Positions 44,085 to 54,018 of a stretch of DNA of 64,000 nt are shown one piece after another. The translations under genes were made by a program, and so were the position numbers. Each line of letters begins with the position of its first letter. The stretch's first letter is position 1. The notes beneath the pieces were generated by a model that did no database searches, was not told the DNA's origin, and worked only from the letters and a program-made list of their open reading frames with translations. The stretch lies in NCBI GenBank assembly GCA_026392515.1, contig JAPLBY010000034.1, forward strand, positions 300 through 64,299. The letters are read 5' to 3'. The stretch comes from Actinomycetota bacterium. Its GTDB lineage: Bacteria; Actinomycetota; Actinomycetes; S36-B12; UBA5976.

Positions 44085-45152
44085 TTGAGCGAGAAGTATC
44101 TCGAGATTTGCAACATTACAAAGGTATTCCAAACTCCTGAAGGTGGCGAAGTTCGCGCACTGGATGATGTGACCCTGGATATTGCCAGTGGTGAATTCTT
44201 TATCTTGCTAGGTCCTTCTGGTTGTGGAAAAACGACCTTGCTTCGAAGTATTGCTGGTCTGGAATATCCAGATAGCGGTGAAATCATTTTGCAAGGTGAG
44301 CGTATCGACGATAAGCCACCATATGACCGCCCCGTAAACACCGTGTTCCAGTCTTACGCGCTGTTTCCACACATGACTGTTGGCGACAACATTGCATTTG
44401 GTTTAGAGATGGAAAATGTTGATAAAGATGAAGTTGCTAAGCGTGTAGAAGAGGCGCTAGAGCAAGTGCAGCTTGCTGGCTATGCAAAACGCATGCCGTC
44501 CCAACTTTCTGGTGGTCAGCAACAGCGCATTGCATTAGCTCGCGCACTTGCCAAAAAACCAAAGGTGCTTCTTCTTGATGAGCCACTTTCTGCGCTTGAC
44601 CTAAAGCTTCGCCGAGGAATGCAGGTTGAACTCAAGCGTCTGCAGCGTGAAACTGGAATCACTTTCGTCTTCGTTACCCATGACCAAGAAGAAGCTATGT
44701 CGATGGGTGATCGCATTGCAGTGTTTAGCCAAGGCAAGATCGTTCAGCTTGATACTCCAGTTGAGGTTTACCGACGTCCAGTAAATGCTTACGTTGCTGA
44801 CTTCATCGGTGAAACAAACTTGATAAAGGGAACTGTAGTTTCTGGCGGAATTTCATTACCTGGTGGCAATGTCCTTCCTACTGATCAATTAGCGGCCGAC
44901 TCTGTTATCCCAGCATCTGGTGATGTGACAGTTGCGATTCGTCCAGAAGATCTTGTGCTTGCCGCAAACGGAATGATTAGTGGAACCGTCAGAGACGTGA
45001 TCTTTACTGGCGATTCAGTTCGAGTACACGTAACTGTTGGTGACGTTGAAGTGATTGCATCACTAGCATCATACGGAACTGAGATTCCGGAACAAGGAAG
45101 TAAGGTCACGCTAAATCCAGAGCATCGCGCTGCTCGCACGGTGGCTTCATGA
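44085..45152 (+). CDS. potA: spermidine/putrescine-type ABC transporter ATP-binding protein
   Basis: TTG start after GAAAGTAGG. Walker [36 protein letters not shown], and a C-terminal TOBE-like regulatory domain. Confidence 0.88.
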   Translation: MSEKYLEICNITKVFQTPEGGEVRALDDVTLDIASGEFFILLGPSGCGKTTLLRSIAGLEYPDSGEIILQGERIDDKPPYDRPVNTVFQSYALFPHMTVGDNIAFGLEMENVDKDEVAKRVEEALEQVQLAGYAKRMPSQLSGGQQQRIALARALAKKPKVLLLDEPLSALDLKLRRGMQVELKRLQRETGITFVFVTHDQEEAMSMGDRIAVFSQGKIVQLDTPVEVYRRPVNAYVADFIGETNLIKGTVVSGGISLPGGNVLPTDQLAADSVIPASGDVTVAIRPEDLVLAANGMISGTVRDVIFTGDSVRVHVTVGDVEVIASLASYGTEIPEQGSKVTLNPEHRAARTVAS

Positions 45153-46072
45153 CCGCAGTAACGACTCCGCCAAAGAAGCAAGCGCAACGCGGCCGACCAG
45201 GTCAGTCATCTCCAAAACTTGCTTATCTGCCAATCATTTTCTTGGCCTTTGCAATTGGGGTGCCGCTTCTCATAATTGTCGTTTACTCATTCCTTGAGAA
45301 GCCTTCGCAAGGAACCGGAGTTAAGTGGGTTTTCACGCTCGAAAACTACAAGGCATTGTTTATTCAAGAAAAGCTTGATGGCACAACTGCGCTTGATACC
45401 CGTTACATCAAGGTCTTGTGGACTTCGTTTTACTATTCGCTACTAACAACCGTTGTTACCTTGGCGCTTTCAATTCCAGTTGCAATGTGGATTGCAACAC
45501 GCGATGCCCGAAAGCGAAATCTTCTCGTTGCTTTAGTAACACTGCCTTTCTGGATCAGTATCTTGATTCGAACTTATGGCATGCGTCAGATCGTCGCGGA
45601 TGAAGGCCCAATTGGAAAGTTCCTCGGCATCTTCAATATTGAGTGGAGCATTCTGTATTCACCGCCTGCGACAATCCTTGGTCTGATTTATGTTTTCTTA
45701 CCATTTATGATTTTGCCGATTTACGCTTCGGCGGAGCGATTCGATTTCCGGCTTGCCGAAGCAGCTTATGACCTAGGTGCCAAGCGAATGACGGTAGTTC
45801 GCCGAGTCATTTTGCCTTCAATTAGACCTGGTGTGATTTCAGGTATTGCCTTGGTATTTATCCCAGCACTTGGATCGTTCTTACAATCCGACATGTTGGG
45901 TGGCGGTAAAACCAACATGGTTGCAAACGTAATCGCGAACAACTTTGGTCAGGCTCGAAATTGGCCATTTGGTAGCGCGCTTGCGGTATTGCTCATTGTG
46001 TTAACCCTGCTGTTTGTATTAATAATGCAAGGTGCAGCCCAGCGACGTGGAGACAAGGTGGAATTAGTATGA
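45149..46072 (+). CDS. potB: ABC transporter permease (PotB-like)
   Basis: 6-TM BPD-transport permease with EAA loop [28 protein letters not shown]. 4-nt overlaps with both neighbours. Confidence 0.88.
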   Translation: MTAVTTPPKKQAQRGRPGQSSPKLAYLPIIFLAFAIGVPLLIIVVYSFLEKPSQGTGVKWVFTLENYKALFIQEKLDGTTALDTRYIKVLWTSFYYSLLTTVVTLALSIPVAMWIATRDARKRNLLVALVTLPFWISILIRTYGMRQIVADEGPIGKFLGIFNIEWSILYSPPATILGLIYVFLPFMILPIYASAERFDFRLAEAAYDLGAKRMTVVRRVILPSIRPGVISGIALVFIPALGSFLQSDMLGGGKTNMVANVIANNFGQARNWPFGSALAVLLIVLTLLFVLIMQGAAQRRGDKVELV

Positions 46073-46887
46073 GTCACACCCAAACTTCTTCGCGCAAACG
46101 CGGCAAGCTAGTTAATCTTCGCAACTTCCCTGGGTTTAAGCCGACTGCATGGTTTGTACTTTTCTTCTTGTACAGCCCTCTGTTATACGTCGTGATTTAT
46201 TCATTTAACTCAAGTCGTATTGGCGCCGTCTGGGAGAGCTTCTCAGTTAAGTGGTACTTCAGAGTCTTTGAGAACACAGATATCCAAAGAGCGCTAAAGA
46301 ACTCACTTCAGGTTGGACTTGTCGCAACAATTTTGTCCACAACACTTGCAGTAATGGCAGCACTTGGTTTGCTTCGAATGCAGCGCGCTGGAAAAGCAGT
46401 CGCTATGGCATTAATCGGAGCACCGCTTATCATCGCTGAAATTGTGTTGGCAGTTGGAACCCTTGGTTTGTTCATTGCAGTTGGAGTGCCGCTTGGAAAA
46501 GTGGGTCTAATGGTTGCGCATACGGCATTTTGTATTCCATTTGCGCTCTTGCCCATTCGCGCCCGTTTAAGTCAGCTCGATATGGCGCCGTTTGAAGCAG
46601 CTTCAGATCTTGGTGCTAACGAACGTCAGATCTTGCGTCGCATCACATTGCCATTGCTCGCACCGGCAATTTTCGCTGGAGCCTTACTGGCCTTCGCAAT
46701 ATCAATTGATGACTTCATTACATCGTTCTTTGTCGCAGGCCCTGGCGCTACGACATTGCCGGTCTACATTTTTGGCATGATTCGTTCAACAGTTACACCA
46801 GAGGTGAATGCAATTTCTACCTTGCTTCTGTTGTTCTCGGGCAGCGTGCTAATCGGATCGTATTTGATCCAACGAAAAAGGAGATAA
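46069..46887 (+). CDS. potC: ABC transporter permease (PotC-like)
   Basis: EAA loop FEAASDLGANERQILRRITLPLLAP. Polytopic. Confidence 0.88.
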   Translation: MSHTQTSSRKRGKLVNLRNFPGFKPTAWFVLFFLYSPLLYVVIYSFNSSRIGAVWESFSVKWYFRVFENTDIQRALKNSLQVGLVATILSTTLAVMAALGLLRMQRAGKAVAMALIGAPLIIAEIVLAVGTLGLFIAVGVPLGKVGLMVAHTAFCIPFALLPIRARLSQLDMAPFEAASDLGANERQILRRITLPLLAPAIFAGALLAFAISIDDFITSFFVAGPGATTLPVYIFGMIRSTVTPEVNAISTLLLLFSGSVLIGSYLIQRKRR

Positions 46888-46889
46888 GA

Positions 46890-48014
46890 ATGGCTAGCAA
46901 CAAGAAGCGTCGCGCTTCATATGTAGCTGCACTTGCCGCGGCAAGCGCACTACTGCTTTCTGCATGTGGCGGGGAAACTACTGCAGATTCAGGCGCAGGC
47001 GAAGCAACTGCAGCTGCAGGGGAATTCCCAACTACTGGCTCGGGCGTAGTTAATGTTTACAACTGGACCGATTACATCGATCCAGAAGAGTTAAAGCGCT
47101 TTACTGCCGAAACTGGCATTGAAGTTATCTTGGACACATACGACAGCAACGAAACATTGTTAGCTAAATTGCAGTCTGGTGCTACTGGCTACGATGTAAT
47201 CGTTCCTTCTGATTACATGGTGCAACAAATGATCGAACTTGATCTTCTGCAAAACGTTGGTGTAGCTAGCTTCCCTAACGGTGGCAACATCAAACCTGAT
47301 CTTGTAGATGTCTATTGGGATTCAGGACGTAATTACACCGCTCCTTGGAACTACGGAACCACAGGTATCGCATGTAACTTCGCTGCTGAACCAGGCTGTG
47401 CAAACATCAAATCTTGGAAGGACTACTTCACTGCAGATCTAGACAAGATGGATTCACTAAAGGATCAGGTTGAAGTTGTATCTGCTGCACTTCGCGCAAC
47501 CGGCGTTGGCAAAGATGACTTATGCACAACTGATAAGGCTAAGTACTTAGCTGCTGAAGAATTACTAGCTGGCTTCAAGCCAGACGTAATTGAATCAGAC
47601 GGTGGTATCGAGCGCGTAACAGCTGGCACATCAAACGTGCGTCACGCTTGGAACGGTTCAACTCACCGCATGACAGTTGAAAATCCAGATGTTCAGTACA
47701 TCTACCCAAGTGAAGGTTTAAACCTTTGGGCAGATAACTTGGCAATTCCAGTAGGTGCGCCTAACTTGGATAATGCCAAGATCTTCATCAACTGGATGAT
47801 GGGTGCAGAAGCTGCTGGCCGCCAGAGTAACTTCTCTGGCTACGACAATGGAATCACGGGTTCAGATGCGTTCATGGATGAAGCACTGAAGACAGATCCA
47901 GCCGTTGTAGTTCCAGCTGACAAGCAGGCACTACTTTCACCACTTCCTAACTGTGGTGAAGAAGCCCGCGAGTTGTACACCCAGGTATTTACTACTTGGA
48001 CAACTAGTCAATAA
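46890..48014 (+). CDS. potD: polyamine-type ABC substrate-binding lipoprotein (PotD/PotF-like)
   Basis: Lipobox LLLSAC, NVYNWTDYI and GYDVIVPSDYMV, which are typical PotD/F motifs. Confidence 0.88.
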   Translation: MASNKKRRASYVAALAAASALLLSACGGETTADSGAGEATAAAGEFPTTGSGVVNVYNWTDYIDPEELKRFTAETGIEVILDTYDSNETLLAKLQSGATGYDVIVPSDYMVQQMIELDLLQNVGVASFPNGGNIKPDLVDVYWDSGRNYTAPWNYGTTGIACNFAAEPGCANIKSWKDYFTADLDKMDSLKDQVEVVSAALRATGVGKDDLCTTDKAKYLAAEELLAGFKPDVIESDGGIERVTAGTSNVRHAWNGSTHRMTVENPDVQYIYPSEGLNLWADNLAIPVGAPNLDNAKIFINWMMGAEAAGRQSNFSGYDNGITGSDAFMDEALKTDPAVVVPADKQALLSPLPNCGEEARELYTQVFTTWTTSQ

Positions 48015-48031
48015 AACCTTCGGGTTATCAA

Positions 48032-48077
48032 GTAACGCCCGCCCTGTGAATTCCACAGAGCGGGCGTTACTTTTTTG
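48032..48077 (+). terminator. Rho-independent terminator
   Basis: gtaacgcccgc (48032-48042) pairs with gcgggcgttac (48060-48070), followed by tttttt (48071-48076). Confidence 0.85.
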
Positions 48078-48170
48078 TGATCATTTAAGGGGGGAATGCA
48101 CTCAAATGTCTTTCCGAATCAAGGTTCATCTGGCATCCTTTAAATACATTCCTATCTTTAAGGGAGATCC

Positions 48171-49298
48171 ATGAAGATTACGAATAAGCGCAAAGCAATA
48201 TATGTTGCAGCCCTCGCTGCTGCTGGTGCTTTACTCCTATCCGCTTGTGGTGGCGAATCCACTGCAACTGACGGAGCATCCGCTCCTGCTACTGCTGCAT
48301 CAGGAGAATTTCCAACTTCCGGCTCTGGCGTAGTTAATCTTTACAACTGGACTGACTACATTGATCCAGCGCTACTAGATAAGTTTGAAACTGAGACTGG
48401 CATCGAAGTCATCCTTGACACCTTTGATAGCAATGAAACTTTGCTTGCAAAACTTCAATCCGGCGCAACTGGCTAAGACATCATCATGCCGTCTGACTAT
48501 ATGGTTGAGCAGATGATTGGCTTGAATCTTCTTCAGGAAATTGATGTAGCTTCATTCCCAAATGGCAAGTACATTGCTCCTGAATTCATGGATGTTTACT
48601 TCGATCCAGGTCGCAAGTTCACTGGACCTTACATGTACGGCACAACTGGTATCGCATGTAACACCAAGCTTGAACCAGAATGTGCAAACATCAAGTCTTG
48701 GAAAGACTTATTCACTGGCAATTTTGACAAGGTCAACACACTAAAGGATCAAGTAGAAATTGTGTCTGCTGCGCTTCGTGCAACTGGCGTTCCTGCTTCC
48801 GATCTATGTACCACTGATAAAGAGAAGTACATTGCTGCAGAAGAAATACTGGCTGGATTCAAGCCTGATGTCATCGACAGCGATGGTGGCAATGAGCGCA
48901 TGATTACCGGACAGGCACATATCCGTACTTCCTGGAACGGTGACACTCACCGTATGAAGATGGAAAATCCAGACATCATCTTCATCTACCCAAGTGAAGG
49001 CCTGAACTTCTGGTCAGATCACATGGCTATTCCAGTCGGTGCCCCAAATCTTGATAACGCCAAGATCTTCATCAACTGGCTAATGGATCCAGCAAACATG
49101 GCTGCAGCAAGTAACTTCTCGGGTTACAACAATGCAATCACGGGATCTGATGCTCTTATGAATGACGAACTAAAGAATGATCCAGGTGTAATTGTTCCGG
49201 AAGAGAGCAAGGCACTACTTAGCCCAATCCCTAACTGTGGCGAAGAAGCTCGCGAGCTATACACCCAGGTGTTCACCACTTGGTTGGATAGCCAGTGA
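48171..49298 (+). pseudogene. second PotD/PotF-like binding lipoprotein, interrupted by one in-frame TAA
   Basis: ORFs 48171-48476 and 48486-49298 are in the same frame. The sequence reads LQSGATG-TAA-DIIMPSDYMV where the upstream paralog has LQSGATGYDVIVPSDYMV, so a Tyr codon is TAA at 48474-48476. It has its own AAGGGAGA Shine-Dalgarno, lipobox and terminator. Confidence 0.8.
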
Positions 49299-49311
49299 TA
49301 ATTCACTAGTT

Positions 49312-49350
49312 AAACAAAGCAGCCTCACCTTCGGGTGGGGCTGCTTTGTT
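49312..49350 (+). terminator. strong hairpin terminator (shared by convergent potD copy and lysR-type gene)
   Basis: aaacaaagcagcctcacc-ttcg-ggtggggctgctttgtt. Long GC-rich stem with a TTCG loop. Its 3' arm reaches the stop codon of the minus-strand LysR gene. Confidence 0.7.
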
Positions 49351-50254
49351 ATGCCCCAATAATTTGAATTAGCTTGGACGCTTCAAAAACAGCTGATGCT
49401 CGTCTGGTGAGTTTTTCTGGATCATTTACCAGCGCAACAAGTCTGGCAGGTGGAATTGGATCGCTGATTTCAAGAATCGCAAATTTCTTACCTTCAAGAG
49501 ACTGGTTGTGTGCCGGTCTTAGATTCAACAAAGCAACGCCGACTTCGCGAGCAACCATCGCCCGGACGAGTTCCGCACTTGTCGAGCGGTATGCAATCTC
49601 AAGCTCGAGACCCGCCTTGCTAAGGGCTTGTGCAAAATAATCGCGACTATGCGGCAGGTCCAGGAGAACCAACTTCTCCCCCGCTAATTGGCGAAGAGAG
49701 ATTTTTGCTAATTTCGCTAATCGATGATTTGCCGAAACTACTACGTGGGCTGGAACATCAACTAAGTGTTCAATCGTCACTTGCGAGGAATGTCCGAAGT
49801 CGTACCCAAAGCCAATTTCAAATTTTCCACTTAAGACGCCTTCATTCAATTCGACTAAATCGACTTCAGATATTCGGGCATCTATTTCAGGGTGATCTTT
49901 TGCCAGTCGGGAAACCAATTCCGGCACAAAGTAGGGAGCAATAACCGAAAAGATTCCGATTGAGATTGGTCCATTTGGCGCAGTACCTAAATCGTGTGCA
50001 ACCTGCTCGAGGCTTTGGGCATCTTCAATTAGGTTTCTAGCTTGAATCAGTAGTCGCTCGCCAGCATCAGTTAATGAAACTCCTTTAGCGTGATGGCGAA
50101 CTAGGAGTTGAAGATTCATGGCGCGCTCAAGTTCACTTATGCCACTGGAAAGTGAGGACTGCGAAACATGTAAGGAATTTGCCGCTCCAGTTACTGAACC
50201 ATTTTCGGCAACCGCCAGTAAGTATTCCAATTGGCGCAAGGTGTAAGCGGGCAA
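49349..50254 (-). CDS. LysR-family transcriptional regulator
   Basis: TTG start. N-terminal wHTH LRQLEYLLAVAENGSVTGAANSLHVSQSSLSSGISELE plus a LysR substrate-binding domain. Divergent from the 50388-58383 cluster. Confidence 0.9.
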   Translation of the reverse strand: MPAYTLRQLEYLLAVAENGSVTGAANSLHVSQSSLSSGISELERAMNLQLLVRHHAKGVSLTDAGERLLIQARNLIEDAQSLEQVAHDLGTAPNGPISIGIFSVIAPYFVPELVSRLAKDHPEIDARISEVDLVELNEGVLSGKFEIGFGYDFGHSSQVTIEHLVDVPAHVVVSANHRLAKLAKISLRQLAGEKLVLLDLPHSRDYFAQALSKAGLELEIAYRSTSAELVRAMVAREVGVALLNLRPAHNQSLEGKKFAILEISDPIPPARLVALVNDPEKLTRRASAVFEASKLIQIIGA

Positions 50255-50322
50255 TTTGATTCCTTTTAACTAAGTGCTTGTCGAATGATTGTATCGAATA
50301 AATCGAACTTAAAAAGTATCTA

Positions 50323-50339
50323 ATTCGGCTTGACCGAAT
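50323..50339. promoter_or_regulatory. candidate LysR box (T-N11-A palindrome)
   Basis: ATTCGG-CTTGA-CCGAAT is a perfect inverted repeat in the 133-bp divergent intergenic region. Nearby TCGAAT/ATCGAA repeats lie at 50281-50307. Confidence 0.4.
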
Positions 50340-50387
50340 CTAGATTTATCTCCATTCTTTAAACAGTTGCCCTTTTAGGAGAGATAA

Positions 50388-51656
50388 ATGTCATCCGAGG
50401 AATTTGAAGTAGTAGTGGTTGGAGCCGGCCAAGCTGGCGTTGCGATGAGTGAGCACCTAACTAATGCTGGAATTTCACATGTCGTTTTAGAGCGGGCTCG
50501 AATTGCAGAGCGCTGGCGCTCCGAACGTTGGGATTCATTAGTTGCTAACGGCCCAGCTTGGCATGACCGCTTTCCTGGATTGGAATTTGAAGGCTACGAT
50601 CCAGATGCATTCGTCCCTAAAGAAGCAGTTGCAGATTACTTTGTCGCGTACGCCAAGAAATTTAACGCGCCGATTAGAACTGGTGTTGAAGTTAAGTCAG
50701 TTACCAGAAATTCGACAAACGCTGGATTTAAGGTCGTAACATCTGACGGTGAGATTGAAGCGAAGTATGTAGTTGCTGCAACCGGTCCATTCCAGAAGCC
50801 AGCGATCCCACCAGTAGTTCCAGCAAACTCAAACATCAATCAACTTCACTCAAGTGATTACTTAAATCCGGCTCAACTTCCAGCCGGAGCTGTATTAGTT
50901 GTAGGTGCGGGATCATCTGGGGTACAGATCGCTGCAGATTTGAGAAGTGCTGGCCGAGAAGTGTATTTATCCGTAGGTGAACATGATCGACCACCAAGGA
51001 GATACCGAGGCCGAGACAATGTTTGGTGGTTGGGCGTATTAGGTAAGTGGGATCTGGCAACTCCTCCAGCTGGAGCCGAACATGTCACGATTGCTGTCAG
51101 TGGATTTGAAGGCGGTCGAACCGTAGATTTTCGAAATGTAGCTGGTAGCGGCATCACACTTCTTGGACTGACTACAACTTATGAAAATGGCGTGCTGAAA
51201 TTTGCAGATGACTTAGAGCGAAACATTGCACGCGGCGATGCAAACTACTTATCGGTTCTTACTGAAGCCGATGATTTCATCGCGCTGAATAACTTGGATC
51301 TACCATTGGAGCCCGAGGCTCACATATTGGGACCAATGCCTGAATCCGCAGTAAATCCAATTCGAGAGATTGATTTAGCGGCTTCGGGAATCACAACAAT
51401 TCTGTGGGCAACTGGATACTCAGTTGATTACGGTTGGCTACAGGTACCAAAAGCGCTAACTGAAGCTGGAAAGCCGCAACATCAACGCGGAGTTTCAAAT
51501 GCAAGTGGGGTCTACTTCCTCGGTCAAGCTTGGCTTTCAAGACGAGGTTCGGCATTTATCTGGGGTGTTTGGCATGATGCAAAATTCCTCGCGGATCAAA
51601 TTCAAATTCAACGTAGCTACAAGAGCTACTCCGGCTCAGCTCGAACGGTCCAATAA
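50388..51656 (+). CDS. FAD/NAD(P)-binding oxidoreductase (flavin monooxygenase / CzcO-like)
   Basis: Two dinucleotide motifs: VVVVGAGQAGVA near the N-terminus and VLVVGAGSSGVQIA mid-protein. 422 aa. Confidence 0.75.
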   Translation: MSSEEFEVVVVGAGQAGVAMSEHLTNAGISHVVLERARIAERWRSERWDSLVANGPAWHDRFPGLEFEGYDPDAFVPKEAVADYFVAYAKKFNAPIRTGVEVKSVTRNSTNAGFKVVTSDGEIEAKYVVAATGPFQKPAIPPVVPANSNINQLHSSDYLNPAQLPAGAVLVVGAGSSGVQIAADLRSAGREVYLSVGEHDRPPRRYRGRDNVWWLGVLGKWDLATPPAGAEHVTIAVSGFEGGRTVDFRNVAGSGITLLGLTTTYENGVLKFADDLERNIARGDANYLSVLTEADDFIALNNLDLPLEPEAHILGPMPESAVNPIREIDLAASGITTILWATGYSVDYGWLQVPKALTEAGKPQHQRGVSNASGVYFLGQAWLSRRGSAFIWGVWHDAKFLADQIQIQRSYKSYSGSARTVQ

Positions 51657-51724
51657 TTGAAATGACCATTAGCTAACCCCGGCTTTCGACTAACGTAAAA
51701 CTTGAACCTACTAAAAGGAAAACG

Positions 51725-52144
51725 ATGACTCACAAGAGAATCCGACCATTCAATACCAAGGTCACTTATCCTGAGCAGAATTTGGATAACGACTTGGCCC
51801 AGGCTGTCGTTGCAGGTAATACTGTCTATTTGCGCGGACAGATCGGTCAAGACCTGGATACTCGAGAGTCTGTTGGTATTGGCGATGTTGAAGCACAGGC
51901 TGAAAAGGCAATGGCAAACATCAAAATGTTGCTAGAAGAATGTGGGTCTGAACTCGGTGACATTACCAAAATTACAATTTACCTAGTCGACATTCGTTAC
52001 CGCGAACCGGTTTATCGCGTAATGGGCAAATGGCTAAAGGGTGTTCATTACGTTTCAACTGGATTGGTTGTATCAGCATTAGCTCGACCGGAATGGCTAG
52101 TTGAAATAGATGCAACTGCCGTTATTCCAGAAACCAGAGATTAA
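51725..52144 (+). CDS. RidA/YjgF/L-PSP family protein (enamine/imine deaminase-like)
   Basis: 139 aa. GNTVYLRGQIG...AQAEKAMANIKMLLEECGS...ITKITIYL....VEIDATAV matches the YjgF-family pattern. Confidence 0.8.
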   Translation: MTHKRIRPFNTKVTYPEQNLDNDLAQAVVAGNTVYLRGQIGQDLDTRESVGIGDVEAQAEKAMANIKMLLEECGSELGDITKITIYLVDIRYREPVYRVMGKWLKGVHYVSTGLVVSALARPEWLVEIDATAVIPETRD

Positions 52145-52818
52145 TGACAATTAGTATCGCTGCTCGCTGCGAGCGCACCGGAGCATTTGGAGTTGCAATT
52201 AGTAGCTCAAGTCCTGCGGTAGGTTCGCGTTGCCCAAATGTTCGGGCTGGTGTTGGCGCAGTATCAAGTCAAAACGTAACAGACCCAAGTTTGGGGCGAG
52301 CGCTTTTAGACGCCCTGCAATCTGGGCTGGGTGCACATGAGGCGTTGGCAAAGGTAAGTTCGGTTGCAACTCATCCGGAATTTAGGCAACTAACCGTTGT
52401 AGATAAGGACGGTGAATCAGCGGTTTACTCAGGCGAAAAGTCACTTGGCATTAACGCGGAAGTAACTGCAAAGAATGTTGCAGCCGCTGGAAACATGCTT
52501 GCCAATCCTGATGTGATTCAAGCGATGGTGGATTCGTTTAGTGCAACTTCCGATAACGAGCTTGCTGATCGTTTGATTCAAGCGTTGGAAGCGGGCGTTA
52601 AGGCTGGCGGCGAAGCTGGGCCGGTGCATTCAGCTGCAGTTATTGTTGCAACTGAAGTTTCCTGGCCTACTACTAATTTGCGAATTGATTGGGATGAAAA
52701 TCCGATTTCAAAACTTAGAGATCTCTACAAAGTTTGGGCTCCGCAGTCGCAGGATTATTTGACTCGAGCACTTAATCCCAACTCGGCACCTTCCTATGGT
52801 GTTCCAGGAGATGAGTAG
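52144..52818 (+). CDS. DUF1028-family protein (Ntn-hydrolase fold)
   Basis: MTISIAARCERTGAFGVAISSSSPAVGSRCPNVRAGVGAVSSQN matches the characteristic DUF1028 N-terminus (M-T-x-S-I...GVA..S...AVG......GAV.TQ). Confidence 0.7.
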   Translation: MTISIAARCERTGAFGVAISSSSPAVGSRCPNVRAGVGAVSSQNVTDPSLGRALLDALQSGLGAHEALAKVSSVATHPEFRQLTVVDKDGESAVYSGEKSLGINAEVTAKNVAAAGNMLANPDVIQAMVDSFSATSDNELADRLIQALEAGVKAGGEAGPVHSAAVIVATEVSWPTTNLRIDWDENPISKLRDLYKVWAPQSQDYLTRALNPNSAPSYGVPGDE

Positions 52819-52820
52819 CC

Positions 52821-53987
52821 ATGTCAGACCATAAACAAAATGTGATTAGTCGTGTAGACGAAGTAAGTAAAGAATTACTTTCATTAAGTCACAAAATTCA
52901 TGCCAATCCAGAAGTTGCTTGGAAAGAATTTGAAAGTTCTGCAGCCGTCATCAAGGCACTGAGTGATCATGGTTTTGATGTCGTTGAGCAAGTGTCTGCA
53001 CTTCCCACCGCGTTTCGAGCAGAGTTTGGCTCTGGCGATCTAACGGTTGCACTATGCGCTGAATACGACGCGCTACCTGGATTAGGTCATGCCTGTGGAC
53101 ATAACATAATCGCGTCCTCGTCGGTTGGCGCAGCCATAGCTTTAGCTTCAGTTGCTAAAGATTTGAACATAAGGGTTGTAGTTCTTGGTACTCCAGCCGA
53201 AGAAGGTGGCGGTGGAAAAATTGTAATGCTGGAACGTGGCGCTTTTGATGGCATCGACGTTGCAGCTTTAGTTCATCCTGGTCCAGTTGATGTTGCCTTC
53301 GCTGAACCATTTGCTGTTCGCCACATCGCAGTGAAGTTTTCTGGAAAAGCTGCACATGCTGCTGCTTACCCTGAACAAGGCGTCAATGCCGCGGACGCAT
53401 TCACGATTGCGCAAGTTGCAATTGGATTACTTCGTCAACAGCTTCCAAGTACTGTGCGAGTTCATGGCGTGATGACGCGTGGTGGCGAAGCCCCTAACGC
53501 AATTCCAGAAGTTACTGAAGGTCGCTGGTATGTCCGAGCAACTTCCACCAAGTTAATGGAAGAAGCCTTTGATCGCGTGGCAAAGTGTTTTGAAGCTGGA
53601 GCGCTTGCAACTGGCTGCGTCCTTGAAATCCACGATGAGAGCGAACCATATTCGGAGTTCACAAATCATCCGAACCTAAATGACATCTACAAGTTAAATG
53701 CGCAGGCAATCGGACGGGTGTTTGATGACAACGACCCTCGGATCAAGATGAATCGTGCTAGTACCGACCTTGGGAATATTTCAAAAGTCATTGCAAGTAT
53801 TCATCCATACATTGGTGTTAATAGCGGATCCGCCGTTAACCACCAGAAGGAGTTTGCGGCGGCCTGTATAACTGCTGATGCTGACCAAGCTGTGCTTGAT
53901 GCTTCGAAAGCTATGGCTATGACTTTGGTAGACATAGCCTCAGATCCAGCTCTTCGCGAGTATGTTAAGGGGTATTCAAGGCCATGA
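52821..53987 (+). CDS. M20-family amidohydrolase/peptidase (AbgB/hippurate hydrolase-like)
   Basis: 388 aa. HANPEVAWKEFES, ACGHNIIASS and GTPAEEGGGGK are typical M20D motifs. Confidence 0.8.
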   Translation: MSDHKQNVISRVDEVSKELLSLSHKIHANPEVAWKEFESSAAVIKALSDHGFDVVEQVSALPTAFRAEFGSGDLTVALCAEYDALPGLGHACGHNIIASSSVGAAIALASVAKDLNIRVVVLGTPAEEGGGGKIVMLERGAFDGIDVAALVHPGPVDVAFAEPFAVRHIAVKFSGKAAHAAAYPEQGVNAADAFTIAQVAIGLLRQQLPSTVRVHGVMTRGGEAPNAIPEVTEGRWYVRATSTKLMEEAFDRVAKCFEAGALATGCVLEIHDESEPYSEFTNHPNLNDIYKLNAQAIGRVFDDNDPRIKMNRASTDLGNISKVIASIHPYIGVNSGSAVNHQKEFAAACITADADQAVLDASKAMAMTLVDIASDPALREYVKGYSRP

Positions 53988-54018
53988 AATTGCGTCATAA
54001 GAATACGTGGGGTACGTA

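Noticed and set aside
48474-48476. In-frame TAA in the second potD copy as programmed readthrough or recoding.
   Set aside because: TAA is the least leaky stop codon, and I see no recoding signal or downstream structure. Alignment to the paralog shows a simple Tyr-codon-to-TAA difference, so a nonsense mutation or sequencing error is the simpler explanation.
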